Positions 37,111 through 54,867 of a DNA stretch of 64,000 bases are shown piece by piece. Where the stretch lies: contig CM119264.1 of assembly GCA_051294375.1 (NCBI GenBank), positions 21,795,582-21,859,581 of the forward strand, read 5' to 3'. The notes below the pieces were generated by a model that was not told the DNA's origin, ran no database searches, and saw nothing but the letters and a program-made list of their open reading frames with translations. Each line of letters starts with the position of its first letter. The stretch's first letter is position 1. This DNA is from Paraspadella gotoi. Lineage: Eukaryota; Animalia; Chaetognatha. A program made the translations under genes and the position numbers.

Positions 37111-37285
37111 AAAAAAAATATAACAATGCCAAGGGTTAATAATGAAATAGTTCATTATCAAAAACTACTCAGATATAAAATTGGACGGATGCACCTAAAC
37201 TACTGATTGTAAAAAAATGTAATAATACAATTTTGATTCCTACATCTCTCTAATATATGTTTCTGCGGCATCGCTTTAAATATCA

Positions 37286-38569
37286 CTACATTTGAACAAT
37301 TGCTTTTCCAATATTGACTCCTCTCAACAATTCAATGAAGGCAGCGGGGGAATTTTCAATTCCCTTTGTAACGGTTTCCTTGTATTTGATTTTGCCATCC
37401 TTGATCCACTGGATGATGTTCTCAAACGCATCTTCGTACCAGTTTTTTAAAGGCCAATCATTGATCTAAAAAGATTTACAAACAATATGTAAGACCAATT
37501 TCTTTCTTTTTCTCATGTTTCTCTTCATTTTCTCTCCGAACTCACCAATATGCCCTGAATACGCAGACGCTTGAGAATGATCATCTCAGAATAGTCAGTG
37601 ATTTTCGAAGAAGATATGGCGTTGTACTGAGAAATCGCGCCGCAGACGCAGACACGGCCGTGCTCATTCATTTGCTTAATGACGATGCTGGCAAACTCAC
37701 CGCCGACGTTGTCGAAGAAACAGTCAACGCCACCGGGCGCCGCAGTTAAAAGGGACTCTGCCAGGTCGACTGTCTTGTAGTTGAAGGCATGGTCAAAGCC
37801 CAACTCTTTGAGGAATTCGACCTTTTCTTCACTCCCAGCATAACCCACAACAACACAGCCCTTGATCTTGGCCATTTGACCCACGATACTGCCGACAGCG
37901 CCAGCAGCCGCGTTTACCACAACTACTTCTTTTGGCTTGGGCTCGAGAATTTTGTTAAGGCTGAAAAGTTAGGGGGGGAATAAAAAAAAAATAAATATAA
38001 GTGCAGAGAATTGAAAAAAATAATGCAAAGGAATTATAAAATGTAACTTCATAACTAACCCATAATAAGCAGTAGCGCCAGGCATGCCCACCGTTCCTAA
38101 AGCCAGCGAGGCACAAAGGTCGGACCCAATGAGCGGGTAAGTCCTGACATCCTTATTCAGGCCATCAACGATGGCATGGGTGCACCACCCACATTTAGAC
38201 AGAACCAAGTCACCGACGTTGAAGAGTCTACACTTGGAGGCTAGCACCTTGGCGACCACTTCACCCATCACTGTTGCTCCGATAACTTGGTCCAAGGGCA
38301 AAAGACGGGCAAAAATACGGACATAAGGGTCCACACTGTCGAACAAAATGATTTCAATAACAGGGATGAGAACTCTACAGAATGTCCCTAAACTAATAGT
38401 AATACAATGAACATAAAAAGCAAACTTGCCTGAGATACAGGGCTTCTATTAAAATTTCATTTTCTTTCAAGGCATCTTCAGAGAGCTCCTCTTCCTCCAA
38501 CCGAAAATTGGTTTCGTCAGGAAACCCTTTCATCTCCGATGCAAAGACAATTTTCTTTGAGAGAACCAT
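37286..38569 (-). CDS. PTGR1: Prostaglandin reductase 1-like, copy B
   Basis: Same exon structure and motifs as copy A, with scattered substitutions. Confidence 0.92.
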
Positions 38570-38754
38570 AGTTTCGTTCACAATTTAAAAAAGCTATTAA
38601 AAATGCATACAAATATCGTTATATACGATTGCACGAATAAAACAATACAAAGATGAATTCACTTGAACCAGAGTATTACTGTATAATGAGTGAATTAGTG
38701 AATATTGAGATCGGAATTTAAATAGAATTTCGGGTAGCCTATAAAATAGTACTT

Positions 38755-41700
38755 TTAAGCAAATTTTTGGTCAAAATTCAGATCACCCACGCTACGGTCA
38801 TCATTATCGAGCACAGTTAAATGTACCGGCGTGATTCGGCCGACTGTATGGGGGACGGTTTTGATCACAGATGCCGGTTGGCTCGACTGCGACGCGACAG
38901 AAGAAAGCATACTCATCGCCGGTCTGAGACCGTCGGAGCCATACAGAGACGCCCCCTCGGATGAAGATTGCAGAGACGCATCCCGATCGATTGGCGCAAA
39001 GGACCCAGATAAAGTTGGGCTCATGTCCGTTGACGAGGCCGCAAGATGTCCTGCCTCTCGACAGACGGCTTGAGAAAGAGAAAAAGCCGTGCAATCAGTC
39101 TGCACATCTTGTTCCACTTTGAGAACTGAACGCCGACCCAGCTGAGCGTCGAACGCGGATTCCTCCGCCACGTCAGCTTCTCTCTCCGTCTTTAGTTTGT
39201 TGTTGGAAGGACTTTCTTCATTCCTCTTAACGATCTCGTCATCGTCTTCTTCGCCTTTCAACTCGACCACGTTAGTTTCGTCCAGCTCCTCCGGCGTCAC
39301 TCGCTCTCCGTCGACGATTTTTTTGAGAATAGAATCGACGAACTTTGACCCATCGGTGCCGAGGGCGAAAAAGCGAGAGAGTGACGCAGTGAGGCGTGAG
39401 AAAGGACGCGAGGCCCGAACGTCGTCCGATTTCGGCGTTTGCGGCCTTACAGATGCGGGAGATGCTCCCTCCGTTGGAAAAGGGAAATTGGCGTCTCTCA
39501 ACTGGGGTTGAGGTGAACTGGGTCCGGACAATGAGGGTAATTTCGAAATTTCATCCCGATCCGAGTTTTTGCAAGGCAGTAAAGAGGGAGATAAGGGGGT
39601 CTCCGCATCGACTTTCTTGACGTCTATGCACTTCGAAATTACGTCCTTGTCGTCGTCTTCCGGTTCGCGGACTTTAATGTCTTCAACTCTCTCCGGAACA
39701 AAGTCTTTGGTATTATTTTTGACGTCAAGATTTTTGACAAAGTCATCGACATTGTAAAGGATTCTGTCAGGCCGATCGCTAAAATATTCGCTGAGCATAA
39801 TCATCTCGCAGACGACGAAACCGCTGACGCGATCGTTGCGACGCGTGCGAAAGTCGAGGGAAACTGGAATGGGTACGTCTGCGAACTGTCGCCAAAAAAA
39901 ATTGAAATAGTAGTTTAATGATGAACGTCGTTGGAAGCAACTTATTGGATGAAAAAAATCTTAAAAGTATAGGTGATCTAGCCAGAATTTTACTATCAAA
40001 GAAAATTAATGAAAAAATCCGAAAAAAAAACCGAATGATTGATGCGATAACGAATTATTGATGTAATATTAATTGATTGATGTAATAATAATTGATTGAT
40101 TGCTGTATTAACAATTGATTGAATAATTGATGTAATAATAATTGATTGATTGGTGTAATAATAATTGATTGATTGATGTAATAATAATTGAGTGATTGTC
40201 TGGCGAGATAAAAACGACCACTAACCTGGTTATGTTTGCTCATAAACTCCTTCGGCGGCGACATCGTCCAAAATAGGATCATCTCCGAGGGTTTAGTTTC
40301 CTTCAGACCGGCCTGATTATCGGAATCCTTTTCACCCCCCTCAAGAATCTCGCTCTCATTCGCGGGACTGCAAATGAGAGCCACGATGGGGCGCGTGGCG
40401 AGAGTGACCCAACTCTTGCCCATTGGGCGGTCATGACTCATCGACTCCTCCATGATTTGTTGATAGCGAAATTGACTGCGGACGTCGTCCAGCGAAGGAT
40501 TGGCGCGGCTCGTCGGGTGAGAATGATACCAACCGACCTGCAAAGGTTTATTCCTTATGAACAATAAAACATTCCAACAAGCGTTATAAGAAACAAGGTT
40601 TTACTGCAAAGAAAAACGAACCAACTTCAATCCGGCCATCTTCATCTTTCTCTTTACTTCCGCCTCTTGTGGAGCTCCTAATTTCCGTTCACCCCGAGGA
40701 CAGTGACAGGGAAAAGCAGCTTGGACAAGCAGCTCTTGCGTGGTGGGATTCCATCGCCCGCCTACATTTTTAAGAAAACGAACCATTGTAATTTAACAAT
40801 CTTTTTCGCATAGTTTTCTATACTTTTCCAGTTCCTTTTAAAAAATAAACTGAGTTATTACAAAAAACCTTGGCTTCTACTGACCCAAATAACCCGCTAC
40901 ATCCCGGGTCGACAGATGCGCGTGAAAATCCACCAGTAGCAATGCATTAGAAGCGAACGTGACGCCAAAGGGTTGCTTCATGTGCATCGCGGGAAAGGAC
41001 AAGCATTCGATCTGGACGAGGAAGTTCGGGATACCGATTATTCTTTTTTAAATCTCTAAAGAAGATTTTAAAAAGTAGAGTGCCACCCACTTTAGTCTGG
41101 ACAGAATAATTTTTATCCGGAACCAGCGAAAAGTAAGAAATGTCGCCTAGAGGGGTAAAAGTCTTCCCGACGGGATTTTGACTGGCGGACGGCGAAGTTG
41201 ATCCAGAGGAGTAGGCCGATCCCGAAAAACCCGAACCTAATGTACCGGCGCCACCGGAACCTCCGAACCCTGAAGAGACGCTGGGAGGAGACTTGCTGCC
41301 GCCGCGCAGCAAGGCCGTCACGTCTGGCACGCGGAGAACGGTGGCCGGCGACGCGGAGTTGGAACGAGATGGCGGTTCCATCGTATTGTTCGAGATGGCG
41401 GGAGAGATAAGGTGGGCATGATGCGAAGTCTCTTCCAGCATTTTCGTTAACTTCGCTTTTTGTTTTCGATACCAAACAGCTTCAGGACCGAAAATTTATA
41501 CGATTTTTTAATAAGAGAAAGTCGGCGAATTGACCTCTCATGCGAATGATGAGTAAGACTTACCTTTGTAAGCCAGTAGCTTTTTGCCCTTGAACCGGAT
41601 CGAGTCCCAACCGCATCCGCTCCGTTTCGCCTGATTGTTTTTCTTCTTGCAGTAAACCGCCCAGGCGGAAGGCGAGTAAAATGTCAGACCGGTCTGACAG

Positions 41701-42810
41701 CATCTGATCTCTCCGGATGCTAAGAGGTCGGCGTGGAAGACTTGGCCCATGTATTCGACAGTCAGTGCCGCCTCGGCCGGCGTTACGATTCCCTCGGAAA
41801 GCAACATGTTGAGCGTAACTCCGCGACCTACTCGCCCTTTTTTGTGGGCCTCGTCGGGGCGAAAAGCACCAACTATAGGAAAGATTGCGAAATTACCTTA
41901 ATTTCAATTGACAATCTTTTTCATATCAAAACAAACCTGGACCCGAAGATTGAGATCCGTCCTCCATTCCTGAACCTATTTCTTCCTCCATTTCTTCGCT
42001 CTCGTCGTGCACTTGATACATTTCCTCTGCCGTCAAGACTTCTTCCAAATCTTCAGCCCTTAACGACGACGCACGAGGAGACATGCACGGAGCGGATGAC
42101 GGCGGCACATCTTCCAAATGTATCATGCTCAAATGAGTCATCGACGACTCTGGCACCATTTCTGATTTTGACGGTTCCTTCTCAGAAAATTTTATCGCTT
42201 CGATTTCGCGACTCGACGAAGCCAATGAGGGCATGACGGCTGACGCGAAGGACTGAGTCGGGGAAGGAGCCGACGAATTTCTCTCCTCCGCGTCTAGTTT
42301 TGGAGAAGGCGTACGATACGAGGCGGAGGCACGGTCGATTTCGACGGCTGAGGACGGTGGAGGATCGAGATATTCTGCGTTGGAATCCGCAATATTTGAT
42401 ATAAGTCGCGAAGCGGGGCTAACGGCTGGATGAAGAGAGGGAGAGGCGGCGAAGGGAGGTCGTTCCCTTGCGTTAACTGCATCATCGGGACCAGCAATGG
42501 CATCGTTGGTGGCCACGCTTTCAATCACCGATTCCATAGTTTTCATCATGTCCGAACGAGCGTCGGGAGTCATGCGAGAAAACGCCGAAGGTTCCGCGAC
42601 GGGGGAACCGGAGATATGAAGGGCCGCGGAAACTGCGCCATCTGCGTAACGTTGCGGCGTTACTGAGACGTTTCGTGGAGATGGGGAGAGCGAGGAAGAA
42701 GTGACAGTAGAAGTACCACTTTGTGTTAGATCAGTTCCAGCAGACTGACTCGATACACGTAAGAGCAAATGCCCCTGCTCGGGCGTGGTGTCCGCAGAAG
42801 TCAGATCCAT
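38755..42810 (-). CDS. MPND: MPN domain-containing protein (RAMA + MPN/JAMM) with long low-complexity extensions
   Basis: RAMA: GRGVTLNMLL...YMGQVFHADLL...FYSPSAWA...SGCGWDSIRFKGKKL. MPN: QPFGVTFASNALLLVDFHAHLS, GGRWN, AFPC, VGWYHSHP...PSLDD. Confidence 0.9.
39952..40213. repeat. Family E element with an (ATTG/AAT) microsatellite in an MPND intron
   Basis: Shared head with 36245. Ends GTCTGGCGAGATAAAA, also present at ~62567, and inverted relative to the internal ATCTAGCCAGA. Confidence 0.65.
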
Positions 42811-43428
42811 TAGACTTCGATTCTGGAAATGACAATGGCGGTCAAAGAATACGAATCACAGACGGGAAATACTTCAGAACTCGAGTCTGTTTTAATATGA
42901 GAGTACATGAATGTATGTGTTCGCGATACGGGCTCGATCCAAGCATAATCCTCGACCCAGAGACTGACGAATATATATTATCTATCGATATTAATAACAG
43001 CTTACAAAATAAATTTAATTCTTTTCTACCAAAGTTGCAATTACTTTTTTAAAGTGAACTGCTTGGCACTTTTTCTATTTCGTAAAAAATGTCATCAGTT
43101 GGAAATAACTAGTAAGTAATTAATTAAAATAAATCACGTTGCAATGATCAGAAACAAATTAATATGAGCAAGTAAAATTTCTGGAAAGACTGTTAAAAAA
43201 ACCCCTTAATAATCTAAAGGCTAACCTACAACAAAATTTATATCGTTAAAATTGATCATGGTAATGGATATTTCCATCGGAAACGCAAACGTTTTTAAAA
43301 ATGAACAAATGCGATACCAACGATGCTGCAATATTACTTATGATAACTATACGTCCTGCAATTACAAGAGGGACTAAGCGCCCACAAGTGACCGGATGAG
43401 AGAGGGAAAGGAAGGGGCGGTCCGATGA

Positions 43429-46400
43429 TTACATTTGGAATCGTCGGTTATTCGCCATAGGTCTGTTGTTCTCCTTAAATTTGCATTCGTTGCAAATGAG
43501 TTTAACGAGAAAAAGATGGAAGACGATGATGAGAAAGGCGACGGAGACCCAGAAAAACGGCGGGAGGCCTCCGAGATGGTGCCCGTGCCGATGGAGCGCG
43601 AGGACGTGATGCTCATGAGGCGGCGCCACGTCGATTTCATGAACGTGTATCGCGTGTTTCAATTCTTCCATGTGCTGTGTACAGGAAAAAAATTGACAAA
43701 ACTATGGCTAAAATCGATTATACAAGTTTTCCACCATTTTCTGTCAGATTTGCCAAACCTGCTTGTCGGCGGTAATGTAAAGAACGGCGGTTTTTGGTTC
43801 CGTCTTTTTCACCGGAAACGTGGAAAGTTCTTTGCCGAGTTTCACTGGCGGATCGAGGCACCCCGCGTCACAGGCGTAATAATCCTTGTCTTTCCTATCG
43901 AGGGCCACGAAGATCTGGGCCTTGTTGTCCTCTCCCACGTGGACGCTGATATTGAGATGAGTGGCGTTGCCATAGGAGATGCGGCGAAATGACATGAGGT
44001 CGCGGTGAAGGTCTTTTGGTTCCATGCCTTATGAATGCGCATGATAAAACAAAATGGCAATAATTACGCTTCAAATTACGTCACAAAAATCTCACCGAAT
44101 TCCAGATGATCGTTAGTAAATTTGAGTCCGCCTATCGCGAGAACGATGGCTTCGAGAACGCCGTCGGCACCGGCTCTCAGCATAGTGGCGCAACCCTGCT
44201 TTTCCAACGTCAATATCCACAAGTTGGCTAACCGGGCGATGGTCGATTCGGAGGTCATCTCCGTCCACAGACGGGGAGCTTGTCTGTAAAATTTACCATT
44301 AATATGTAAAAAGGCAGCCGCTTATTACGGCTACCCTCGGACTTACGAGGGGCATGGTATGTAGCCTTTAACTGGTACGCTTAAAGCGTCTGCCAAACGA
44401 TGAGGAAACTTTTCTGCAGCCAAATCGACTTTTTTACAAACCCAATTTCGCCAATGAGCGTCTCCGTCAAATCTTAGTCGGTCACATAAAATTGACCCGA
44501 AAATTTAGGCGAAAAAGAAAATTTGTTGGTGAAAAACTGAGTTTCACTTACAGAGTGTGGTGTCCGCTGTAGCAACGATCAGGAAAGTACAATAATTTTT
44601 CAAGATTTTGTTGATTTTCTTTTCGCAGTTGACGAGCTTGATCACCGAGGCCTTCCTCAAATGTCTCGTGAATAGGAGAGCGGACGTTAGAGATCACGTA
44701 ATACATCGTGGAGTTAATGCGGTCTCCGTTGAGAGCGCCCGTGGCTTTTGAGGTGGCAATCGTAAAACCTGTCTTCCACAGGTTGTGCCACACCTAAAAG
44801 GATATCGAGTAGGGGTTAATAATTTTCTATCATTTACTTTTTCGTGACTTTCCTCTAAAATCCCAATTTTCAATTTTTTCCGTTTTCAGTCAGTCAGTCT
44901 TTTGATCCCAGAAAGTTGCAGTTCTAAAACATTAGTTCAGTAAGGAAGACCGAGAACAACAAAGACCGAGTGGATGAGAAAACCTGGGAATGTTCGTTGC
45001 GAAGCCTTCCCGCCTCGATATTGAGGGTACGATCCAAGGACGAGATGGTCCCTTCTTCCTGCGAATTTTTCTTTTTCAAAAGTTCTTTCTCGTCGTCGGA
45101 GGCATCGCTGACAGCGACCGAAGTCACAAGATGAAGACGTGACGTTTTGCCAGGACCCACATCGACGCTCTAGAGAGAAAATAAATATTCAATGGATGCA
45201 TTAATTTATCTAATTAATAGAATTAATAAAATGCAATTAATAGAATTAAACTGGGTAAATTTACTGAACAATAAATAAATTAAGAAAAAATGACATCATT
45301 ATTGATTAACCTTCTCGTCATCTTCATGATGATCAAGAACTAAGAAGGCTTTTTCGCCTGTACGACTAATGGCAGGATCTGTTTTATTTTTATTGATGAA
45401 AAATATATATCAGGTTGTGTCACTACTATTACTAAAAAAAACTACAACGACAACTATTACTACGACTACTATGAAATTGGCACAACCAATATAAAAATTA
45501 TCCATTCATCTCATAAATAAGCTATCTTGCCTATCGTGACTTTGAACAGGTTATGGTGGTTTAATCGGCCAAAGCAAAAACTTTTTTCAGGTAATTTTCC
45601 ACACGACTTATCAGACTTACTTGTGGGGCCGTGGTAGAGGCGAGAGACACGAGCACAAAGCGTTTGTCGGCGGGCGTTGTTATGGTAGAATCGGCCTTGA
45701 GCGAGACTGACCCCGACGTCACCGAAATGTCGGTCTCGGTCTAATCGTAAAAAATCCGACATTTGCGACACAATAAAAAATACTTTTTATTGAAGAGGTA
45801 TTGCCCAACCTTGGTTCTCGACTTGACTCGGCGAGTCGTGGCCTTTTCCCACCCAGAAGACAACGTCTGCTGTAACTCGAATGTGATTCGCTTCGCCGTC
45901 GGGTTAAATATTTTTAAGTCTTGCACGAGAACTGATGGGCGACTGCGATGCGCGTATGTCAAGGTCTCGACCCAAACGCATCCATTTTGATAGAAGCACT
46001 GAAACCGTGAACCGAGATTACATTTTCGAGTGCAGCTTTATACGTATATTGTGGCAGCGCGTGTTGTTGCTGTCACAATATGATTTGGTACCTGAATCTT
46101 AATGACAACCCCGTCTTTCCAGTGCGTGACAACGGCATCCTTGGAATTCAGCCCGTCTACCGAAGCGGAAACAGTTGGATAATAATTCACCTTAAATTTA
46201 AACAAAAATTTTCATCACACAAAAAAAAACCAAGGAGTAAATTGTAAAATATTTGTCAGTGTCAGTAACCTTCAACCCGACGACTCTGCTTCCCGACGCC
46301 TTGACGTGAATCTCCTTTTCCCCGACGGGACTCAGACCGACGAGTCCGTTCCCCACGAAAGGCACGTAAACGTCGTCGTCGGCGCGCGCCGGAATTCGAT

Positions 46401-46717
46401 GGAAGGCCGCGTTAAAATTCTGCCGCGCGTCCCGATGGCGAGAGAGACGCTCTTCGAGGCACGTGCCCGAAGCGTCTCTGATTTCGTCTCCAACGCGCGC
46501 ACGGGACGTTAGCCACGGCCCGAACCAGTAAAGAAAGACGACGATGACGAGGAACGAAATGAGGACGGCGCGGCGAGATTCCGAATAACTGCACAAAAGA
46601 TAGAAACGCACGCGAGTGCTATGGGAAAGACGTACCTTGCTCAGTTCGCGCATCTTTTTTTTCTTTTGAAACTCACCGGCGAAACAAATATCGGACTAAT
46701 TCGCGCCACCGATCCAT
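43429..46717 (-). CDS. KIAA2013: KIAA2013/DUF2152 family membrane protein, multi-exon
   Basis: [28 protein letters not shown]...[82 protein letters not shown]. Confidence 0.9.
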
Positions 46718-47183
46718 ATCTACGAAAGGCGTGTCATCTCTTCGAGTCGCTGTAGTTGATCATTATAGAGATTATATTTTATTGTTATACATTCATCGCG
46801 ATTTTTGTTTTATCATTGCAGCAACAGCAGGGTAAAACATAGCCTAAAAATTTAAAAACTTTAATAATTTTTTGGGAAGTTTTGAACAATTGTGTTTTTC
46901 ATTTTTACGAAAATCATACCAAATAAGAATTTCCATATCACATCAGAAATTTCCTTTTAACAAATAGCTAATTTTCAATTCACAATAAATACGAAGTAAT
47001 TTTAATCAGTTCCATGCATAAATGATAAACACAAGTGTTAAAAGTTCGGTAGAAGGTAGAAGGTAGAAGGTAGAAGGTCGACTGTGGAATGTGAAATAAG
47101 TATAATGATTGGTGCAATGAATTTAAATGACTGGTGAGAAACATTTTAACAATTTGATAACAAATCAAAATACAATTGAGAGT

Positions 47184-49261
47184 TCAGTGCCGCAAGTTTA
47201 GGATCCTTTGTTGATTGACAGAGACTTCCTTTAACTTATTCTCAGTCATCGTGAGTCTTTGTTCTAAAATCCCAACTGTCTGCGTCAAGACGTCCATTTG
47301 CTTGATTATAGTTTCCAGCGTGTCCGCGAGCTGCTTAGGAATGTGTTTCTCCTCGGTCCGTACGGTGACGCTGGGGGAGAGACGACGGAACCGTTCCGGG
47401 GCTTCTGGCGAGACTCGCATATCCTCCGTTTCGTCACCATGAAACGCATCGCGGGAAGGTTCAACAGTGGCGAATTCCACCGGGGATTCGTTTTCGACGT
47501 CTCTGGCTACCGATTCCGAAGCAACTTCTCGCCAAACGGTATCTTCCCTTCCTTTTTCAGTAATTGCAGGGCCGACATTGACGATTGTGTCGTCACGCGG
47601 TCGCATGAGATCGGCCGGGATCAGATCAGACGCGGAGGTGAGTCGATCCGTCAAGCCGCCGTCATAGACGCAGTCGGGTGCGACGGTCCTCGGCGTAGCC
47701 ACGGCTGGGAGGGAGCCCTTCACGAAGGTTTGATCACTGGCGACGGAGTGCGACGACGCAACGGGACGAAGCCGGTGATCGGGAGGGGCAGGTGTCGGAA
47801 CTTTGACCTCGAGACGCGGTAGCCCATGGTCGTCATCGCGGACGAGACGAGGAACGCCCACGGCGTTGGGCGACTGAGCGGCTAGAACAGCGGAGTCAGC
47901 GTTGAGAACGCCCGTCCGATCGAATCGATCGAAGTTTGTACGCCAAACCAGCACCTGGTCGTCAGCCCCGCCCGTAGCAAAGAAGTCACCGTCGCGGTTA
48001 AGACAAACGGCGGTCGCGGGACCCTTGTGCGCGTGCACCGTATAAAAAAGGCGGCCTTCGAGAATGTCGAGGACTTTGATGGTGGCATCGTTGGAGCAGG
48101 AAAGTAGAAAATTGCCGTTGGGATGAAACGCAATTTGATTGACGTGCCTGAAGGAAAAAAAAAGAAATACATGTAGCCAATCTTCTTTTTATTTTTCCCC
48201 TCGAAACTAATGCAATCCTACTCGGATTATTTTAGAGCATTACCCGTTATGTGCGCTGTAATGCTGTAACAGTCTATTGGTCCTTATGTCCCAAAGCTTA
48301 ACGGTGGCGTCAGCAAGACCCGCGGCGACGACGACGCCAGCAGGGTGAAAGGCGACGTGCATCACGTTCGATCCTCCCTCCCCTCCAAACGTATGAATAC
48401 AGGAACGAGAGGAAGTGGTGCTCCATAGTTTTACGCTTTTGTCGTCGCTGCCTTAAAAACAGGTTCCAATATTCAAAGATTTTGACTAATCCCCCCCCCT
48501 TTTGATTTTTGAAGACTATTTTGATGAATACCAGTGATGACCATTTGCGCATCTGGTGAGAATCGGGCCGCGCGGACCCAGTTCTGGTGACCGACGAAGG
48601 AATACTTGAATCTTTGGCGTTGCACTGTCCAGACTTTAGCGGATTTGTCATCGGAACATGTGAGCAACTGCTGTCCGTCCTGATCATCAAGGACGGTACA
48701 TAAACAAAATAAAATTTAAATCGAACACATTCATTTTTTTATTTGTAAAATCGAGAAAAAACCTCACCGGAGAGAACTCGACGCCTCTGACTGTGGCAGT
48801 GTGCGCCTTGAACACGGTCGACTCTCCGTTGACGGTCGGCGTCCAGAGACGGACGGTTTGGTCGCGCGATGCCGACGCCACCAAGTGACCGGTCGGGGAA
48901 AAGCAAACTCCAAGGACTGAGTCTTTGTGGCCAGCGTACCTAGAGGCGAGCGGTGTTAACGATTTTAATTGGCACCAAATTGTGGACATGCATAAAAACC
49001 TATAAGCTCGCATTTGTTGCTTGAAATTCCATATCATAAGAGTGGAATCCATAGAACCCGAGGCCAATTGCTTCATGGTTGGACTAAAATGGAGCGAGGT
49101 CACCAACCCTTTGTGACCCTTGAAGTGTCTCTCCAAAGCAGGGTCCTAGAATATTAAAATAATTATTACGATTCTCTGCATAATGAAATCGAGAATATCA
49201 ATCAACTATTCAATTTTTCGAATAAAGAGTGAAGTGGACTAACCTCGTTTAATGCATTCAT
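47184..49261 (-). CDS. POC1: POC1 centriolar WD40 protein
   Basis: E|[70 protein letters not shown]-terminal [31 protein letters not shown]. Confidence 0.95.
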
Positions 49262-50327
49262 TTTCTGTGATTTGTTGGTGGACGGCATGGCGGTGTTTTA
49301 ATGGCTTTTAAGTTTCTCAAAGGCACTTGTATTCACATTTTTTCCTGCTATATTTAATGGAAAGAGGAATGATTTAGAAGTAATAATCAAAATACAAATG
49401 AGTCTGATATTTATAAAATCACTGAAACTGACAATCGCGATATTACTCGGTTATTTGAAAATATGAATACATTTCACGTTATATGAGGTCAACAATACGT
49501 AGAATATAAAAAATAAATATAAACTTTACATAGTTTGGTGAAGTATCTGTTATTGAGCGTGTTGACTGCTGGTGGGGCGAATTAAACGCTTCTAACTCGC
49601 ACAGACACAATTGATTATAAAAGTTAATAAAATAATAAAAAACTTAAACGGAAGACATAATATGAAACGTTATGTTAACAAAAACGTCTAACGAGAATAT
49701 CGCATAAGTATATAAAATTATTATTAATTTCCTTTAATATTAACGGTTAAATGCTACGTCTTTTTAATTTGTTCGAAACGCGAATCTTAACCAATTTAAA
49801 CACATTTTTGAGATCATTATAAATCCAAAATAGAGACTCACGCGATTGTACAATAGAAACCATTTACGAGGTTAAAGAGTCTGAAAGACTAGAGAGAATT
49901 ACTGTAGGTGTTAATAATATAAGTACGAAATATATCACACACACTATTTTTATAGTTATTGCTCTACTTTTATTTTGGTTTCCCGTAGTTAAAACAAAGT
50001 TAGAAACTAAACCAAAAAATACCGTCTCCAAATTTACCAAACTAAAATCAAGACCATCGAAAGAATGAAAAAGAGCATTTGTTGCCCATGTGAAGGAACT
50101 GAAAGAAGAAAATAAAGCACTTTGAGAGTTAAATCTAGTACACTATAATCTCCGCAGCAAAAAATAGCCAAGAAAGAAAATTAATTGACTAGAATACGAA
50201 CGCAGGATTGTTAAAATTCGCCTGACCATCTTGGGACTTCCTAAGAGTCAACACCATATTTCAGAGCGATGGTTGTCTTGATTTGCGAGTACTAATAGCG
50301 TTTTTAACGTAGTGGGGCGCTTTCTTT

Positions 50328-53622
<3,295 letters not shown>

Positions 53623-53787
53623 CTTTACTATCGATCAACACTAAATCTAAAACGGTTGAATCGTTTATAAATTCCTTTACAGCTGAGTATAAAAAAAATC
53701 ACTCGTATGACTTTAGGACAAAAATACGACAAAAACACCGCATTCTTGATTATAATTTTACAATCCAAAATAATATAGTTTGTTCAT

Positions 53788-54632
53788 CTATTTTGCCTCA
53801 TTCTCTCCTTCGGCCCCAGGAATAGTGTACTGAATTGGATCGCAGGGACAAACTTCGGGATTCGGGAACGGGGGCTTGGGATCTCGTTCGGGGAGGATCA
53901 TTGGTGCGAAGGTGGCTTCTTCGATTTCAGGTCCCTGAAGAATCTCGACGATCTTGAGGGCAAAGTCAAAGGCGCATCCGGGTCCCCGTGCGGTGATGAA
54001 ATTGCGGCAGACGCACACGCGAGCTTCGCTGAATCGAAAAAAAATTGTTGAGCTAAAAGTCATTTTCTATAGAAGCGCGTCCATCATTCAACTTATACAA
54101 AGCGCGCACCTGTAAAAATATCCATCCAATACTTCCTCCACCGACGGATGACTAGTGAGAGTAACGAACTTTGTCCCCTCCATCATTTCTGCTTTGGATC
54201 CTTTGCCGACGTCGTGACGATCAAGGGCGACCGGGCCGGCACAAATGGCCCCGATCCAACCGCCCCTCTTATCCTGTTCCTTCAAAATAGCGCCGACTTT
54301 CTCCGACAAGGCGAGTGCCTCCGCGCCGTGCGCCCCGCCAGGGACGATAACAATGTCGTAAGGACCTTTTTTGACGGCGTCGTCGAGGAGGGCGTCGGGG
54401 AATATCTTGACCCCGCGACTGCATTCGCACAGACTGAATCCCGCTAAGCCGGCGATAACAGTCTCGATGCCGCCTCGGCGGAGAACGTCCACGGTGATAA
54501 CTACCTAGAGTGATGTTTCGAGATCGGGAAAAAATTGGATCCAAAGTAATTCTGACTGACAACGCGGTAGAGCTACTTTACCTCCATCTCCTCAGCGCCT
54601 TCCGCCAGGAGAACTAACGCCTTTTTGGACAT
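53788..54632 (-). CDS. PARK7: DJ-1/PfpI family protein (3 exons)
   Basis: MSKKALVLLAEGAEEME|VVITVDVLRRGGI, CSRGVKIFPD, YDIVIVPGG, GAICAGP (conserved Cys), TSHP, ITARGPG..FDFAL. Confidence 0.93.
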
Positions 54633-54867
54633 TTTCGTCCTTAAGAATGGGCGATGTTGGTCGATATTGTTGATATATGCCCCTGTATCAATATCATTAT
54701 CTTGAACGATTTTCTTTTTTCTAAAAATCATGGGAGAAAATAAATAACATCAAAATCAAATAAATTAATTATAAAATCCGTAGAAGAAATAGAAAAAAGG
54801 ATTTCACGATTCTTTAAAAAAGGGCAATAACATAAAAATTACAAAACAACAAAAAAGGTATCAGTAG

